Positions 27,541 to 35,677 of a DNA stretch of 46,498 nucleotides are shown piece after piece. The notes beneath the pieces were generated by a model. It was not told where the DNA came from, ran no database searches, and saw only the letters and a list, made by a program, of their open reading frames with translations. The stretch comes from Clostridia bacterium (GTDB lineage: Bacteria; Bacillota; Clostridia; Christensenellales; CAG-138): NCBI GenBank assembly GCA_045592165.1, contig JAZNUG010000109.1, positions 1 through 46,498 of the forward strand. The letters run 5' to 3'. Position 1 is the stretch's first letter. Every line of letters begins with the position of its first letter. Position numbers and translations under genes: made by a program.

Positions 27541-27648
27541 CTTCGCTCATCTCTCAGCGCATATACGCTGCCGGAATTGGCACCTTACCCCATAGGGGCA
27601 GGTTGTCGGGTTTCATAGGGCCGGTCCCTCAACCACTCTTGATAAGGC
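27541..27648 (-). promoter_or_regulatory. SAM-I (S-box) riboswitch
   Basis: The minus strand reads CTTATCAAGAGTGGTTGAGGGACCGGCCCTATGAAACCCGACAACC...GGTGCCAATTCCGGCAGC...GAGAGATGAG. This is a near-consensus S-box core, upstream of metK. Confidence 0.9.
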
Positions 27649-27670
27649 ATATTCGGTTTTCTGATGTTGA

Positions 27671-27699
27671 ATTGTATCACAGCAACCCCGTTGCGTCAA
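27671..27699 (-). promoter_or_regulatory. Candidate promoter for the SAM riboswitch-metK transcript
   Basis: On the minus strand, TTGACG (complement of 27694-27699), a 17-nt spacer, then TACAAT (complement of 27671-27676). Confidence 0.5.
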
Positions 27700-27719
27700 T
27701 AGTGATGTTAAGTTATAAT
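27691..27719 (+). promoter_or_regulatory. Candidate promoter for the PP-loop ATPase operon
   Basis: TTGCGT (27691-27696), a 17-nt spacer, then TATAAT (27714-27719), about 30 nt before the ATG. Confidence 0.55.
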
Positions 27720-27749
27720 AAATCGTCAATATTTTATGTGAGGTATCCA

Positions 27750-28511
27750 ATGAAAAGAGTACTGGGCTGTATACGCCGCGCCGATGAACGATACAACATG
27801 ATACGCCCCGGAGATAAAATATGCGTGGGAGTTTCCGGCGGCAAGGACAGCCTCCTTCTGATGTACGGCCTCAAGCTGTATCAGATGTTTTCCAAGGTTC
27901 CCTATGAGCTTACGGCAGTAATGCTGGACCTTGGCATATCCGATCAGGATTATACCCCTGTTGCGGAATATGCGGAGTCCATAGGCGTTCCCTTTGAAAT
28001 ACTCAAAACCGACATAGGCGATGTAGTATTCAATGTACGCAAAGAATCCAATCCCTGCGCCCTGTGCGCCAAATTTCGCCGGGGCGCCCTCAATGACTAT
28101 GCCCATCAGCACGGCTGCAATCTTGTTGCCCTTGGCCATAATCGTGATGACGTTATAGAAACTTTCTTCCTGAGCCTGCTGTATGAAAGCCGGCTGAACA
28201 CCTTTGGTCCTGTTACCTACCTTGACCGTCAGGAAGTTACTGTCATTCGTCCGCTGGTATTTCTTCCGGAAAAATATGCCCTCTCCGTTGCAAAAAGGCT
28301 TGAGCTTCCTATATGCAAGCCCAATTGCCCCGTTGCCGGCTATACCAAACGCGAGGATATGAAGCAGATAATCAAATACCTGACCTCAATAGTGCCCGAC
28401 CCTGAAACCCGCATCATGAACGCCATTGCGGATACCCATAAATACGGCATGTGGGACAGACTCAGGCTTCCCCCGAGAGAACTGGAGAATACCGATGGAA
28501 ATAACGCTTAG
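27750..28511 (+). CDS. PP-loop ATP pyrophosphatase, TtcA/tRNA thiolation family
   Basis: The SGGKDS PP-loop sits in VGVSGGKDSLLL, and there are CxxC motifs (NPCALC, CKPNC). I moved the start to ATG 27750, because the longer track ORF covers the riboswitch and promoter region. Confidence 0.85.
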   Translation: MKRVLGCIRRADERYNMIRPGDKICVGVSGGKDSLLLMYGLKLYQMFSKVPYELTAVMLDLGISDQDYTPVAEYAESIGVPFEILKTDIGDVVFNVRKESNPCALCAKFRRGALNDYAHQHGCNLVALGHNRDDVIETFFLSLLYESRLNTFGPVTYLDRQEVTVIRPLVFLPEKYALSVAKRLELPICKPNCPVAGYTKREDMKQIIKYLTSIVPDPETRIMNAIADTHKYGMWDRLRLPPRELENTDGNNA

Positions 28512-28767
28512 TTCCCTGCTGGTTATCATTTGCGGAATGTCCCTTGTCCTGTTTGCCGCAATGGGCATAGACAAGGCCCTCGCAAAACGGGGCGCATGGC
28601 GCATTCCTGAGAAAACCCTGTTTCTGCTGGCCATCTTAGGCGGTGCATTGGGCGGCATTATAGGTATGCAGCTGTTCCGTCATAAAACCAAGCACACGTC
28701 CTTTAAAATCGGCTTCCCCATAATGTTTGCTGTTAATATCGCAGCAGTGATTTATTTAATCAAATAG
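28495..28767 (+). CDS. DUF1294 family membrane protein
   Basis: ...GIDKALAKRGAWRIPEKTLFLLAILGGALGGIIGMQLFRHKTKH... is the typical DUF1294 core. ATG 28495 overlaps the upstream gene by 17 nt. Confidence 0.8.
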   Translation: MEITLSSLLVIICGMSLVLFAAMGIDKALAKRGAWRIPEKTLFLLAILGGALGGIIGMQLFRHKTKHTSFKIGFPIMFAVNIAAVIYLIK

Positions 28768-29277
28768 TTAACTTTTACCAAATCGGCGGTTGTAATTGGT
28801 TATCCAATCAGCCGCCGCTTTTATGTTATCCGCAGATACAAAGTCCCCGCCCCGCTCAATCAGTTCTGTCATGTCCTGCTGTGCTGCATCCTCCTTCAGC
28901 CTTTTCAGAACAGCCCCCATAAGCAGTCTGTGCATAGGATTCAGCTTTTCCGAATCATAGGCGCCTCTTGCATAAAACACCTTAATTCTGGAATCGGTTA
29001 TGCCTGTCTTTTTCTTTATTTCCTTTGCGGTATCCTCTGTCCATGGATTCATACCCACGGCACAGGCTCCAATTATATCGTATCTTACAGCCGCCCTGTT
29101 GTATCCCTTGATTCTGCCCTGAATCACCCAGCCAAGGTAGAATATTTCATCATTGACTCTTATTCTGCTGCCCGCTTCCCCCAACGAAAAAGCAGGCAGC
29201 CCTGTAAGCTCGGATATCATCTGAGAATACCGCCCGGTGCTGCCTGTATTTGTTAGGTATACTATCGCTTTTATCAT
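28768..29277 (-). CDS. Flavodoxin-like fold protein
   Basis: The start is ATG 29277 (MIKAIVYLTNTGSTGRYSQMI, a flavodoxin-type first beta-strand and phosphate loop), with a GAGAAGGA SD. About 170 aa. Confidence 0.65.
   Translation of the reverse strand: MIKAIVYLTNTGSTGRYSQMISELTGLPAFSLGEAGSRIRVNDEIFYLGWVIQGRIKGYNRAAVRYDIIGACAVGMNPWTEDTAKEIKKKTGITDSRIKVFYARGAYDSEKLNPMHRLLMGAVLKRLKEDAAQQDMTELIERGGDFVSADNIKAAADWITNYNRRFGKS
28784..28827 (+). terminator. Plus-strand terminator embedded in the 3' coding end of the convergent flavodoxin-like gene
   Basis: CGGCGGTTG (28784-28792) pairs with CAGCCGCCG (28809-28817), and an inner ATTGG/CCAAT helix follows. Then comes CTTTTATGTT. The T-tract exists only on the plus strand. 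Confidence 0.6.
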
Positions 29278-29328
29278 TTTCCTTCTCCCGATGGAGCCGC
29301 CCCCCATCGGTTCCGGATGTGCTTTGAA

Positions 29329-29829
29329 TTATTCTTTGTTAGCGCAATCTTTTCTGACATATTCCCTGAACTGGAATCTCGTTCCCTCATGTTCCTTCCA
29401 TTCGGAAGCATCTGCAAGGATCCACTCATCAATCTGCTCAACGTTTGGGAAAAACCTGTCCGCTTCAGCTTCCGCATCCACCATGGTGATGTATGCCCTG
29501 CGGCAATATGGAAGCATAGTCCTGTATATTTCCTCGCCGCCTATTACAAAGGCATCCTCATCCCCGTTTACAAGAGCGAGCAGCTCATCCACAGAGGAAA
29601 CATGTTCTACGCCTTCTAAGGAAAAATCCCGGCTTCTGCTGAATACTATATTGCGTCTGTTTTTCAGCGGCCTTCCTCCGGGAAGTGACTCAAGGGTCTT
29701 TCTGCCCATAATGACGGTTTTTCCGCTTGTGGTGCTGCGGAAAAAAGCCATATCCTCAGGTATGCTGAACAGCAGTCCCCCATCTCTGCCTATTCCGTAG
29801 TTTTTGCTGACTGCAACGATGATATTCAT
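29329..29829 (-). CDS. folA: Dihydrofolate reductase
   Basis: 166 aa with MNIIVAVSKNYGIG...LPW-type N-terminus, TVIMGRKT and GGEEIY motifs. It begins 2 nt after the thyA stop. Confidence 0.93.
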   Translation of the reverse strand: MNIIVAVSKNYGIGRDGGLLFSIPEDMAFFRSTTSGKTVIMGRKTLESLPGGRPLKNRRNIVFSRSRDFSLEGVEHVSSVDELLALVNGDEDAFVIGGEEIYRTMLPYCRRAYITMVDAEAEADRFFPNVEQIDEWILADASEWKEHEGTRFQFREYVRKDCANKE

Positions 29830-29831
29830 AT

Positions 29832-30662
29832 TTACACCGCCACAGGTATCTTGCCGATGGAGCCATGGGACTCGTAGTTTTCCAATGCAAAGCTGTCCAC
29901 CGTAAACTTATAGAAGTCATCGATGCTCTGATCCATGATGAACTTGGGAGCCTCCATAGGCTCGCGCTTAAGCATCTCCTCAACAAGCGGGACATGTCTG
30001 TCATAAATATGTGCATCTGCGATAACATGAAGCAGAGTGCCTGCCTTAAGTCCGCTTACCTGAGCCATCATATGCACCAGTACAGCATACTGACATACGT
30101 TCCAGTTGTTGGCAACCAGCATATCCTGAGAGCGCTGATTGAGTATGGCGTTCAGCCTATCACCGGATACATTGAAAGTCATGCTGTATGCGCAGGGATA
30201 CAGATGCATATCCATAAGATCGGAATGGTTGTATATGTTGCTCATTATACGGCGGGAAGCGGGATTATTCTTCAGGTCGTAGAGAATTCTGTCCACCTGA
30301 TCCATTTCCCCTTCTTTGTAACGATGCTTCACACCCAGCTGATAGCCGTAAGCCTTGCCTATGCTGCCGCTTTCATCCGCCCATGCATCCCAAATATGGC
30401 TGTTGAGATCGTTTACGTTGTTGGATTTCTTCTGCCATATCCAAAGAAGCTCATCAACAGCGTTTTTGAAGCCGGTTTTCCTGAGAGTCATTATGGGGAA
30501 TTCCTCGGAAAGATCATATCTGTTGGTAAGGCCAAACATCTTTACGGTATGTGCAGGCGTACCGTCTTCCCAGCGGGGACGTACATCCCTGTCGGTATCC
30601 CATACGCCTTCGGTTATTATTTTTTTGCAGTTTTCAATAAAAATCAGGTCAGCCTTGCTCAT
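29832..30662 (-). CDS. thyA: Thymidylate synthase (ThyA type)
   Basis: 276 aa with DRTGTG-like and ...LYPCAYSMTFNV... (catalytic Cys region) and QRSQD motifs. Confidence 0.95.
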   Translation of the reverse strand: MSKADLIFIENCKKIITEGVWDTDRDVRPRWEDGTPAHTVKMFGLTNRYDLSEEFPIMTLRKTGFKNAVDELLWIWQKKSNNVNDLNSHIWDAWADESGSIGKAYGYQLGVKHRYKEGEMDQVDRILYDLKNNPASRRIMSNIYNHSDLMDMHLYPCAYSMTFNVSGDRLNAILNQRSQDMLVANNWNVCQYAVLVHMMAQVSGLKAGTLLHVIADAHIYDRHVPLVEEMLKREPMEAPKFIMDQSIDDFYKFTVDSFALENYESHGSIGKIPVAV

Positions 30663-30747
30663 ATTTTCTCCCCTTTATCAGCGCTTATAAATTGTACAGA
30701 TTTGTCCATTTTTATTTATTTTACCAGTATTTGTTACCAATCGCAAA

Positions 30748-30779
30748 CAAAAAAATAGACCCCGTATATGCAGGTCTAT
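30748..30779 (-). terminator. Intrinsic terminator after the pseudouridine synthase gene
   Basis: ATAGACC (30755-30761) pairs with GGTCTAT (30773-30779). The minus strand reads hairpin then TTTTTTT. The stop codon lies inside the stem. Confidence 0.8.
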
Positions 30780-31663
30780 TTTTGTAAAAGTCTTTTCATG
30801 TCCTCCGGCATGGGCGATACCAGATTTATCTCCTCGCCGCTGACAGGGTGAACCAGCCATAATTCTGCCGAATGCAGTGCGGGCCTGTCAATATCCTGAT
30901 GTTTCTCTCCGTACAGCCAGTCTCCGGCCAGAGGATATCCCAAGGCAGCCATGTGCAGCCTTAACTGATGGGTGCGCCCGGTATGGGGGATCAGTCTCAG
31001 CAATGTATAATTTCCATATGTTGCCAGTGTGCGGTATTCTGTCAAGGACGGGGCTCCATCCGGTCTTACGGTATGCTTGTATGTGGAGCCTTCCTCCATG
31101 CCGATGGGAAGTTCTATGCGTCCCTCAGGCGGATATACATGCCCCACAGCTATGCCAAGATATTCCCTCCGGAAACAATCGGTATGCAGCAGCCTTTTGA
31201 GCCGCTCATGCATATATCCGCTTTTGGCCACCGTCATAAGGCCGGTTGTACCCCTGTCCAGCCTGCTGACAGGATGAAAATTCTCTCCTGCCGGAAAATT
31301 CGCTGCAAATGCATTTTCCAAAGTAAGCTCATATGGATCCCGTGTGGATTGATGCACCGCAATGCCAGCCGCTTTGTCAATAATTGCAATGAAGTCATCC
31401 TGCCACGGCACGGATAATTCCGCCGCCATAGGTACAGCCCTGGGATAATTCACAGGGTCGCCAATTTCCGCCGTAAGTATATCTCCTGTCTTCACCACAG
31501 CCGTGGTATATGCTTTATGCCCATTTAATGTAATTCCCAAAGGCCTGCTCTTTAATCGGGATATAAAGGAATCAGACATGGCAAATTCGTTTTTTAGCAG
31601 TGATTCCACCCTGCGTCCCGCATGCTCTGCGGTAATTGCAATACGCATCTTATGCACGGCCAT
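30776..31663 (-). CDS. RluA/RluD family pseudouridine synthase with S4 domain
   Basis: HPVSRLDRGTTGLM catalytic motif. I chose ATG 31663 as the start because GAAGGAGGAGG lies immediately upstream. The track ATG 31678 has no SD. Confidence 0.9.
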   Translation of the reverse strand: MAVHKMRIAITAEHAGRRVESLLKNEFAMSDSFISRLKSRPLGITLNGHKAYTTAVVKTGDILTAEIGDPVNYPRAVPMAAELSVPWQDDFIAIIDKAAGIAVHQSTRDPYELTLENAFAANFPAGENFHPVSRLDRGTTGLMTVAKSGYMHERLKRLLHTDCFRREYLGIAVGHVYPPEGRIELPIGMEEGSTYKHTVRPDGAPSLTEYRTLATYGNYTLLRLIPHTGRTHQLRLHMAALGYPLAGDWLYGEKHQDIDRPALHSAELWLVHPVSGEEINLVSPMPEDMKRLLQK

Positions 31664-31766
31664 ATCCTCCTCCTTCATTTTCTTATTGAATTATACTCTG
31701 CTTACAGGCATCCCTTCAACCAATCTTATCCAAAATAATATATCATGCTTTTTTTATAAAAAGGGG

Positions 31767-31795
31767 TTGCATTTCTGCTGCATATACTGTACAAT
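31767..31795 (+). promoter_or_regulatory. Candidate promoter for tRNA-Asn
   Basis: TTGCAT (31767-31772), a 17-nt spacer, then TACAAT (31790-31795), 14 nt before the tRNA 5' end. Confidence 0.55.
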
Positions 31796-31809
31796 AACAC
31801 TCGTGCCGT

Positions 31810-31885
31810 TCCTCCTTAGCTCAGTCGGTAGAGCATGCGGCTGTTAACCGCAGTGTCGTTGGTTCGAGTCCAACAGGGGGAGCCA
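31810..31885 (+). tRNA. tRNA-Asn (anticodon GTT), CCA encoded
   Basis: TCCTCCTTAGCTCAGTCGGTAGAGCATGCGGCTGTTAACCGCAGTGTCGTTGGTTCGAGTCCAACAGGGGGAGCCA. It has a 7-bp acceptor stem, a D-loop AGCTCAGTCGGTAGAGC, the anticodon loop CTGTTAA, and a T-arm GGTTCGAGTCC. Confidence 0.93.
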
Positions 31886-31890
31886 AAAAA

Positions 31891-31920
31891 ACGATCACCT
31901 TTCAGGTGGTCGTTTTATTT
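31891..31920 (+). terminator. Intrinsic terminator after tRNA-Asn
   Basis: ACGATCACCT pairs with AGGTGGTCGT (one G-U pair), followed by TTTATTTT. Confidence 0.85.
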
Positions 31921-32017
31921 TGCTTTTCTGCTATATTAAACAGTGTTATAATACTTTTATAAACACTTTTTCCGTAATTCATGCTGATTCTAAAATTCAT
32001 TTGGAGTTAATACTGTT

Positions 32018-32836
32018 ATGAAATTTGGCTGCTGTGTAAATCTGCTGCCCGGTATCAATCACCTGGCCGGCGCAAAGTACTTCCCTATCCTCGCTGAACT
32101 CGGCTATGATTATGTGGAAATACCATTGAATGTACTGTCCCAATTATCCGACAGCGAAGTAAAGCAGGTCCGCGCGGCCCTGCGCAGCAGTGGCTTGCCC
32201 TGCCGCACCTGCAATGACTTTATGCCTACCAGTTATAACATAACAGGCAACGATCTGACTCCCAGAGACACGATAAAACGCTATCTTGACCGCGCTTTTT
32301 ATCTTATCGGACAGGATGGCATGGGGGCAAGCTATACCGTATTCGGCAGCCCATGGTCCAGAAATTGTCCGGAAGGTTTTGACCGCGAAACAGCTTTTTT
32401 TCAAATTGAAGATTTTCTCATTGACGCAGCAGTTCTGGCAGAGCAGAACGGAATTACCATCGTCGTTGAAGCCATCAACTATACCGAGACCAATATGCTC
32501 AACCATTTCCCGGATATCACACGGCTGGTTCGCCATGCCGATCATCCCAACATCAAGGCCCACTGTGATTATTATCACATCCGCATGGAGAATGACGATC
32601 CCGCTATCATTTTAGATGGCGGTGAGCTTATCGCTCATACTCACATTGCCAAAGCCAAACGGGGCTATCTGACAAACTGCGAAAACGAGACACCCATGAT
32701 ATACCAGTTCGCCGATGCCCTCCGCAGCATAGGTTATAACGGCGGTATGAGTCTGGAGGCTCGCCCCATATCCGAGGAATCCTGGCAAAACGAAGCTGCA
32801 CTTGCCCTGGCGGAACTGCATAGAATTTTTGATTGA
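32018..32836 (+). CDS. Sugar phosphate isomerase/epimerase (xylose isomerase-like TIM barrel) family protein
   Basis: 272 aa with a pattern typical of the AP-endonuclease-2/xylose-isomerase-like fold (...GYDYVEI..., ...VEAINYTETN..., HCDYYH, ...SLEARP). An extended -10 TGTTATAAT lies at 31944-31952. Confidence 0.75.
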   Translation: MKFGCCVNLLPGINHLAGAKYFPILAELGYDYVEIPLNVLSQLSDSEVKQVRAALRSSGLPCRTCNDFMPTSYNITGNDLTPRDTIKRYLDRAFYLIGQDGMGASYTVFGSPWSRNCPEGFDRETAFFQIEDFLIDAAVLAEQNGITIVVEAINYTETNMLNHFPDITRLVRHADHPNIKAHCDYYHIRMENDDPAIILDGGELIAHTHIAKAKRGYLTNCENETPMIYQFADALRSIGYNGGMSLEARPISEESWQNEAALALAELHRIFD

Positions 32837-32861
32837 TCTTTTTCCCGATCGCCTTTTATAC

Positions 32862-32892
32862 AAAAAAGCCGCATTTGATATGCGGCTTTTAT
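32862..32892. terminator. Bidirectional intrinsic terminator (isomerase gene / GNAT gene)
   Basis: AGCCGCAT (32867-32874) pairs with ATGCGGCT (32880-32887), flanked by A6 and TTTTATTTTT. Confidence 0.9.
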
Positions 32893-32910
32893 TTTTCCGG
32901 TCACAGATCA

Positions 32911-33390
32911 TTATTTTGTTTCTGCAATAGCAGCAATGCTTTCCCTGTTGAGCCGACAGACAATCAAATCCTCCATTATATCCGCCCCTATGGCGCGATA
33001 AAACTCCAGCGCTGGGTTCCAATCCAGGCAGCACCACTCAATCCTCACACAGCCTCTCTCAATGGCTATACGGGCCATTTTCTCAAAAGCAGCCCTGCCA
33101 TATCCCCTGCCCCTGTATTCCGGCCTGATAAAAATCGACTCAATAAAAATCCCTGCACAGTGCCTGTAAGAAGGGAAACTATGGAAAAACAGTATGAAGC
33201 CCACTTCAATATCTTCTTCCATTATAAAAAGCGCCTCGGCCTTCTGCTTTGTAAAAAGCCATTCTTCCACATCCTGCTCTGTTGTAATCAGGCAATCCGT
33301 CAGATTTTCGTATTCAGCGAGATCCCGGATAAAGCGATATACCAAAGACAAGTCTTTGCGCTCTGCAAATCTGAAATTTGGTGCAGCCAT
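32911..33390 (-). CDS. GNAT family N-acetyltransferase
   Basis: The acetyl-CoA motif RGRGYGRAAFEKMARIA. The start is ATG 33390 (MAAPNFRFAERKD) with a GGAGGG SD. Confidence 0.85.
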   Translation of the reverse strand: MAAPNFRFAERKDLSLVYRFIRDLAEYENLTDCLITTEQDVEEWLFTKQKAEALFIMEEDIEVGFILFFHSFPSYRHCAGIFIESIFIRPEYRGRGYGRAAFEKMARIAIERGCVRIEWCCLDWNPALEFYRAIGADIMEDLIVCRLNRESIAAIAETK

Positions 33391-33402
33391 GTTACCCTCC
33401 TT

Positions 33403-33430
33403 AATACAAAGGCTCGGCATAAGCCGAGCC
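33403..33430 (-). terminator. Intrinsic terminator after the EF-G paralogue
   Basis: GGCTCGGC (33411-33418) pairs with GCCGAGCC (33423-33430). The minus strand reads hairpin then TTTGTATT. Confidence 0.8.
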
Positions 33431-33459
33431 TTTTTGTGTATCCCCAAAGGGGATGGTTA

Positions 33460-35532
33460 TTATTCTTCTTCTTCCTCTTCCTTCTGGGCGCTCTCGATGA
33501 TCTTCTTGGCCTCGAAAGCAGGAACGTCTTCATAGCGTACAAACTCGCTCTTGAAGGAGCCGCGGGCCTGAGTCATGGAACGCAGGTCGGTGGCATACTT
33601 GAACATCTCAGAGAGAGGAGCTTCAGCAACAACTTCGGTACCCTCGTCGCAGGGATTCATACCCAGAACGCGGCCGCGGCGGCTGGACAGATCGCCCATG
33701 ATTGCGCCGGTGTAGTCATTGGGAACGGTGATGTTGTACTGATAGATCGGCTCGATCAGGGCAGGCTGTGCCTTGGCGCAGGCTTCCTTGTATGCGAGAC
33801 GGGCAGCGCTCTTGAAAGCAACTTCCTTGGAATCTACGGGATGATACTTACCGAAGAACAGGGTGGCCTTAACGCCGATCATGGGATAGCCGGCAAGAAC
33901 GCCGCGCTTCATGGCTTCGCGGGTACCCTTTTCTACAGCGGGGATGTACTCCTTGGGAACTACGCCGCCAACGATGGCGTTAACAAACTCGAACTCTTCA
34001 CCGTTGGTGAGGGGCTCAAAGCGCATGTTAACAACGCCGAACTGGCCGCTGCCGCCGGTCTGCTTCTTATGCTTACCTTCGGCCTCTGCGGTGGCGCGGA
34101 TGGTCTCACGGTAAGGAATGCGAGGATCGGAGATCTGGGCTTCTACGCCGGACTTGTTCTTCAGCTTTGCGCAGAGAACATCCAGATGTACTTCGCCAAG
34201 GCCGCAGATGAGCACGTCACCGGTCTCAACGTTCTTTTCCAGTGCCATGGTGGGATCTTCTTCCAGAAGCTTATTGAGGCCTGCGAAGACCTTATCTTCT
34301 TCACCCTGCTTCTTGGCGGATACTGCCAGGCTGATGCAGGGCTTGGGGAAATCGATTTCTTCGAACTGTACGGGAGCGGAAGCATCGCACAGGGTATCAC
34401 CGGTAGCGGTGAACTGGAGCTTGGACAGAACACCGATATCGCCGGCGATCAGCTTCTCCATACCGGTTACCTTCTTGCCGCGCATGAGGCCGGGAGCGGT
34501 GGCCTTCTCTGCCTTCTCCTCACGGGTGTTGTACAGGGAAGATTCAATGCTCAGCACGCCGCTGTATACCTTAACGATGGAGTACTTACCGAACTGGTCA
34601 ACAACAGTCTTAACAACCTGACCGGCAAACTTGCCGTCCTGCTTAACTTCAACTGCTTCACCGGTCTTGGGATTGACGGCCTTGGGAGCCTTAACCATGT
34701 CGGCAGCGGGCATGTAGTTGATGAGGTTGTTCATCAGGGTGTATACGCCGATATTGGGCTGTGCAGCGCAGCAGCATACGGGAGTGATGTCGCCGGAGAG
34801 AACGCCATTGTTAAGGCCGGCAATAATCTCTTCACGGGAAAGTTCGCCTTCCTCGAAGAACTTTTCCATGAGTTCTTCATCGGTCTCGGCAGCAGCCTCG
34901 GTGAGGGCTTCGTATACGCTCTGAGCCTGATCAGCGAGAGCAGCGGGGATATCCATTTCTTTCTCGCCCTTGCCGTCAAACTTCTTGGCTACCATGTGAA
35001 CGGTATCAACATAACCTACCAGCTTGCCGCCTTCCATGATGGGCAGCTGAATGGGAACTACGCTGGGACCGAACTTGGCGTTCAGCTCGTCCATTACCTT
35101 GTTGAAGTTGGCGTTTTCGCGATCCATCTGATTTACAACGATCATGCGGGCCTTGCCGGACTTCTTGCACATATCCATGGCCTTCTCGGTACCTACAACG
35201 GGACCGGAAACAGCGCCCACTACGATGAGGGCGGAGTCAGCCAGGCGCATTGCCGCAGCTACTTCACCGTAGAAATCGAAGAAGCCGGGGGCGTCGATCA
35301 GGTTAACCTTAACATCGTTCCACTCGAAGGGAGCAAGAGCGCAGTTGATGGAAATAGTGCGCTTTACTTCTTCAGGGTCAAAGTCAGTGGTGGTGGTTCC
35401 GTTTTCAACCTTGCCAAGGCGCTCCAGAAGGCCGGCGTTGAAAAGCATAGCTTCGGTAAGGGTGGTCTTACCTTCGCCGCCGTGGCCGAATACGCCGATG
35501 TTGCGGATGTTTGCTGCGGTGTAATTCTTCAT
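33460..35532 (-). CDS. Elongation factor G paralogue (EF-G II-like) with divergent GTPase motifs
   Basis: 690 aa from ATG 35532 (MKNYTAANIRNIGVFGHGGEGKTT). All EF-G domains are recognisable, but the G3 motif is DAPGFFDF, G4 is NQMD, and the C-terminus ends in EEEEEE. It is not in a str-operon context. Confidence 0.9.
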   Translation of the reverse strand: MKNYTAANIRNIGVFGHGGEGKTTLTEAMLFNAGLLERLGKVENGTTTTDFDPEEVKRTISINCALAPFEWNDVKVNLIDAPGFFDFYGEVAAAMRLADSALIVVGAVSGPVVGTEKAMDMCKKSGKARMIVVNQMDRENANFNKVMDELNAKFGPSVVPIQLPIMEGGKLVGYVDTVHMVAKKFDGKGEKEMDIPAALADQAQSVYEALTEAAAETDEELMEKFFEEGELSREEIIAGLNNGVLSGDITPVCCCAAQPNIGVYTLMNNLINYMPAADMVKAPKAVNPKTGEAVEVKQDGKFAGQVVKTVVDQFGKYSIVKVYSGVLSIESSLYNTREEKAEKATAPGLMRGKKVTGMEKLIAGDIGVLSKLQFTATGDTLCDASAPVQFEEIDFPKPCISLAVSAKKQGEEDKVFAGLNKLLEEDPTMALEKNVETGDVLICGLGEVHLDVLCAKLKNKSGVEAQISDPRIPYRETIRATAEAEGKHKKQTGGSGQFGVVNMRFEPLTNGEEFEFVNAIVGGVVPKEYIPAVEKGTREAMKRGVLAGYPMIGVKATLFFGKYHPVDSKEVAFKSAARLAYKEACAKAQPALIEPIYQYNITVPNDYTGAIMGDLSSRRGRVLGMNPCDEGTEVVAEAPLSEMFKYATDLRSMTQARGSFKSEFVRYEDVPAFEAKKIIESAQKEEEEEE

Positions 35533-35677
35533 TTCAATCCCCCTAAGGTGTAATATAATTATTTCTTTGCACAAATTTCGGGTGCATAAAGCACCATCTA
35601 ATAGTGTACCAGATGAATTAAGCTTTTGTAAACTGTTTTTATCGTGTTTCTGGGTTTTTTCGGTATATAATGGCAGG

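Noticed and set aside
31767-33390. tRNA-Asn as an integration hotspot with an adjacent island (isomerase, GNAT)
   Set aside because: There is no integrase or recombinase. I could not find a direct repeat of the tRNA 3' end elsewhere in the window, and each neighbouring gene has ordinary terminators and signals.
32833-35553. 906-aa plus-strand ORF antisense to the EF-G paralogue and GNAT gene. The same applies to 7112-8761, 3778-5007 and similar long antisense ORFs.
   Set aside because: It shows the same codon-aligned antisense artefact. The opposite-strand genes have clear family signatures and ribosome-binding sites.
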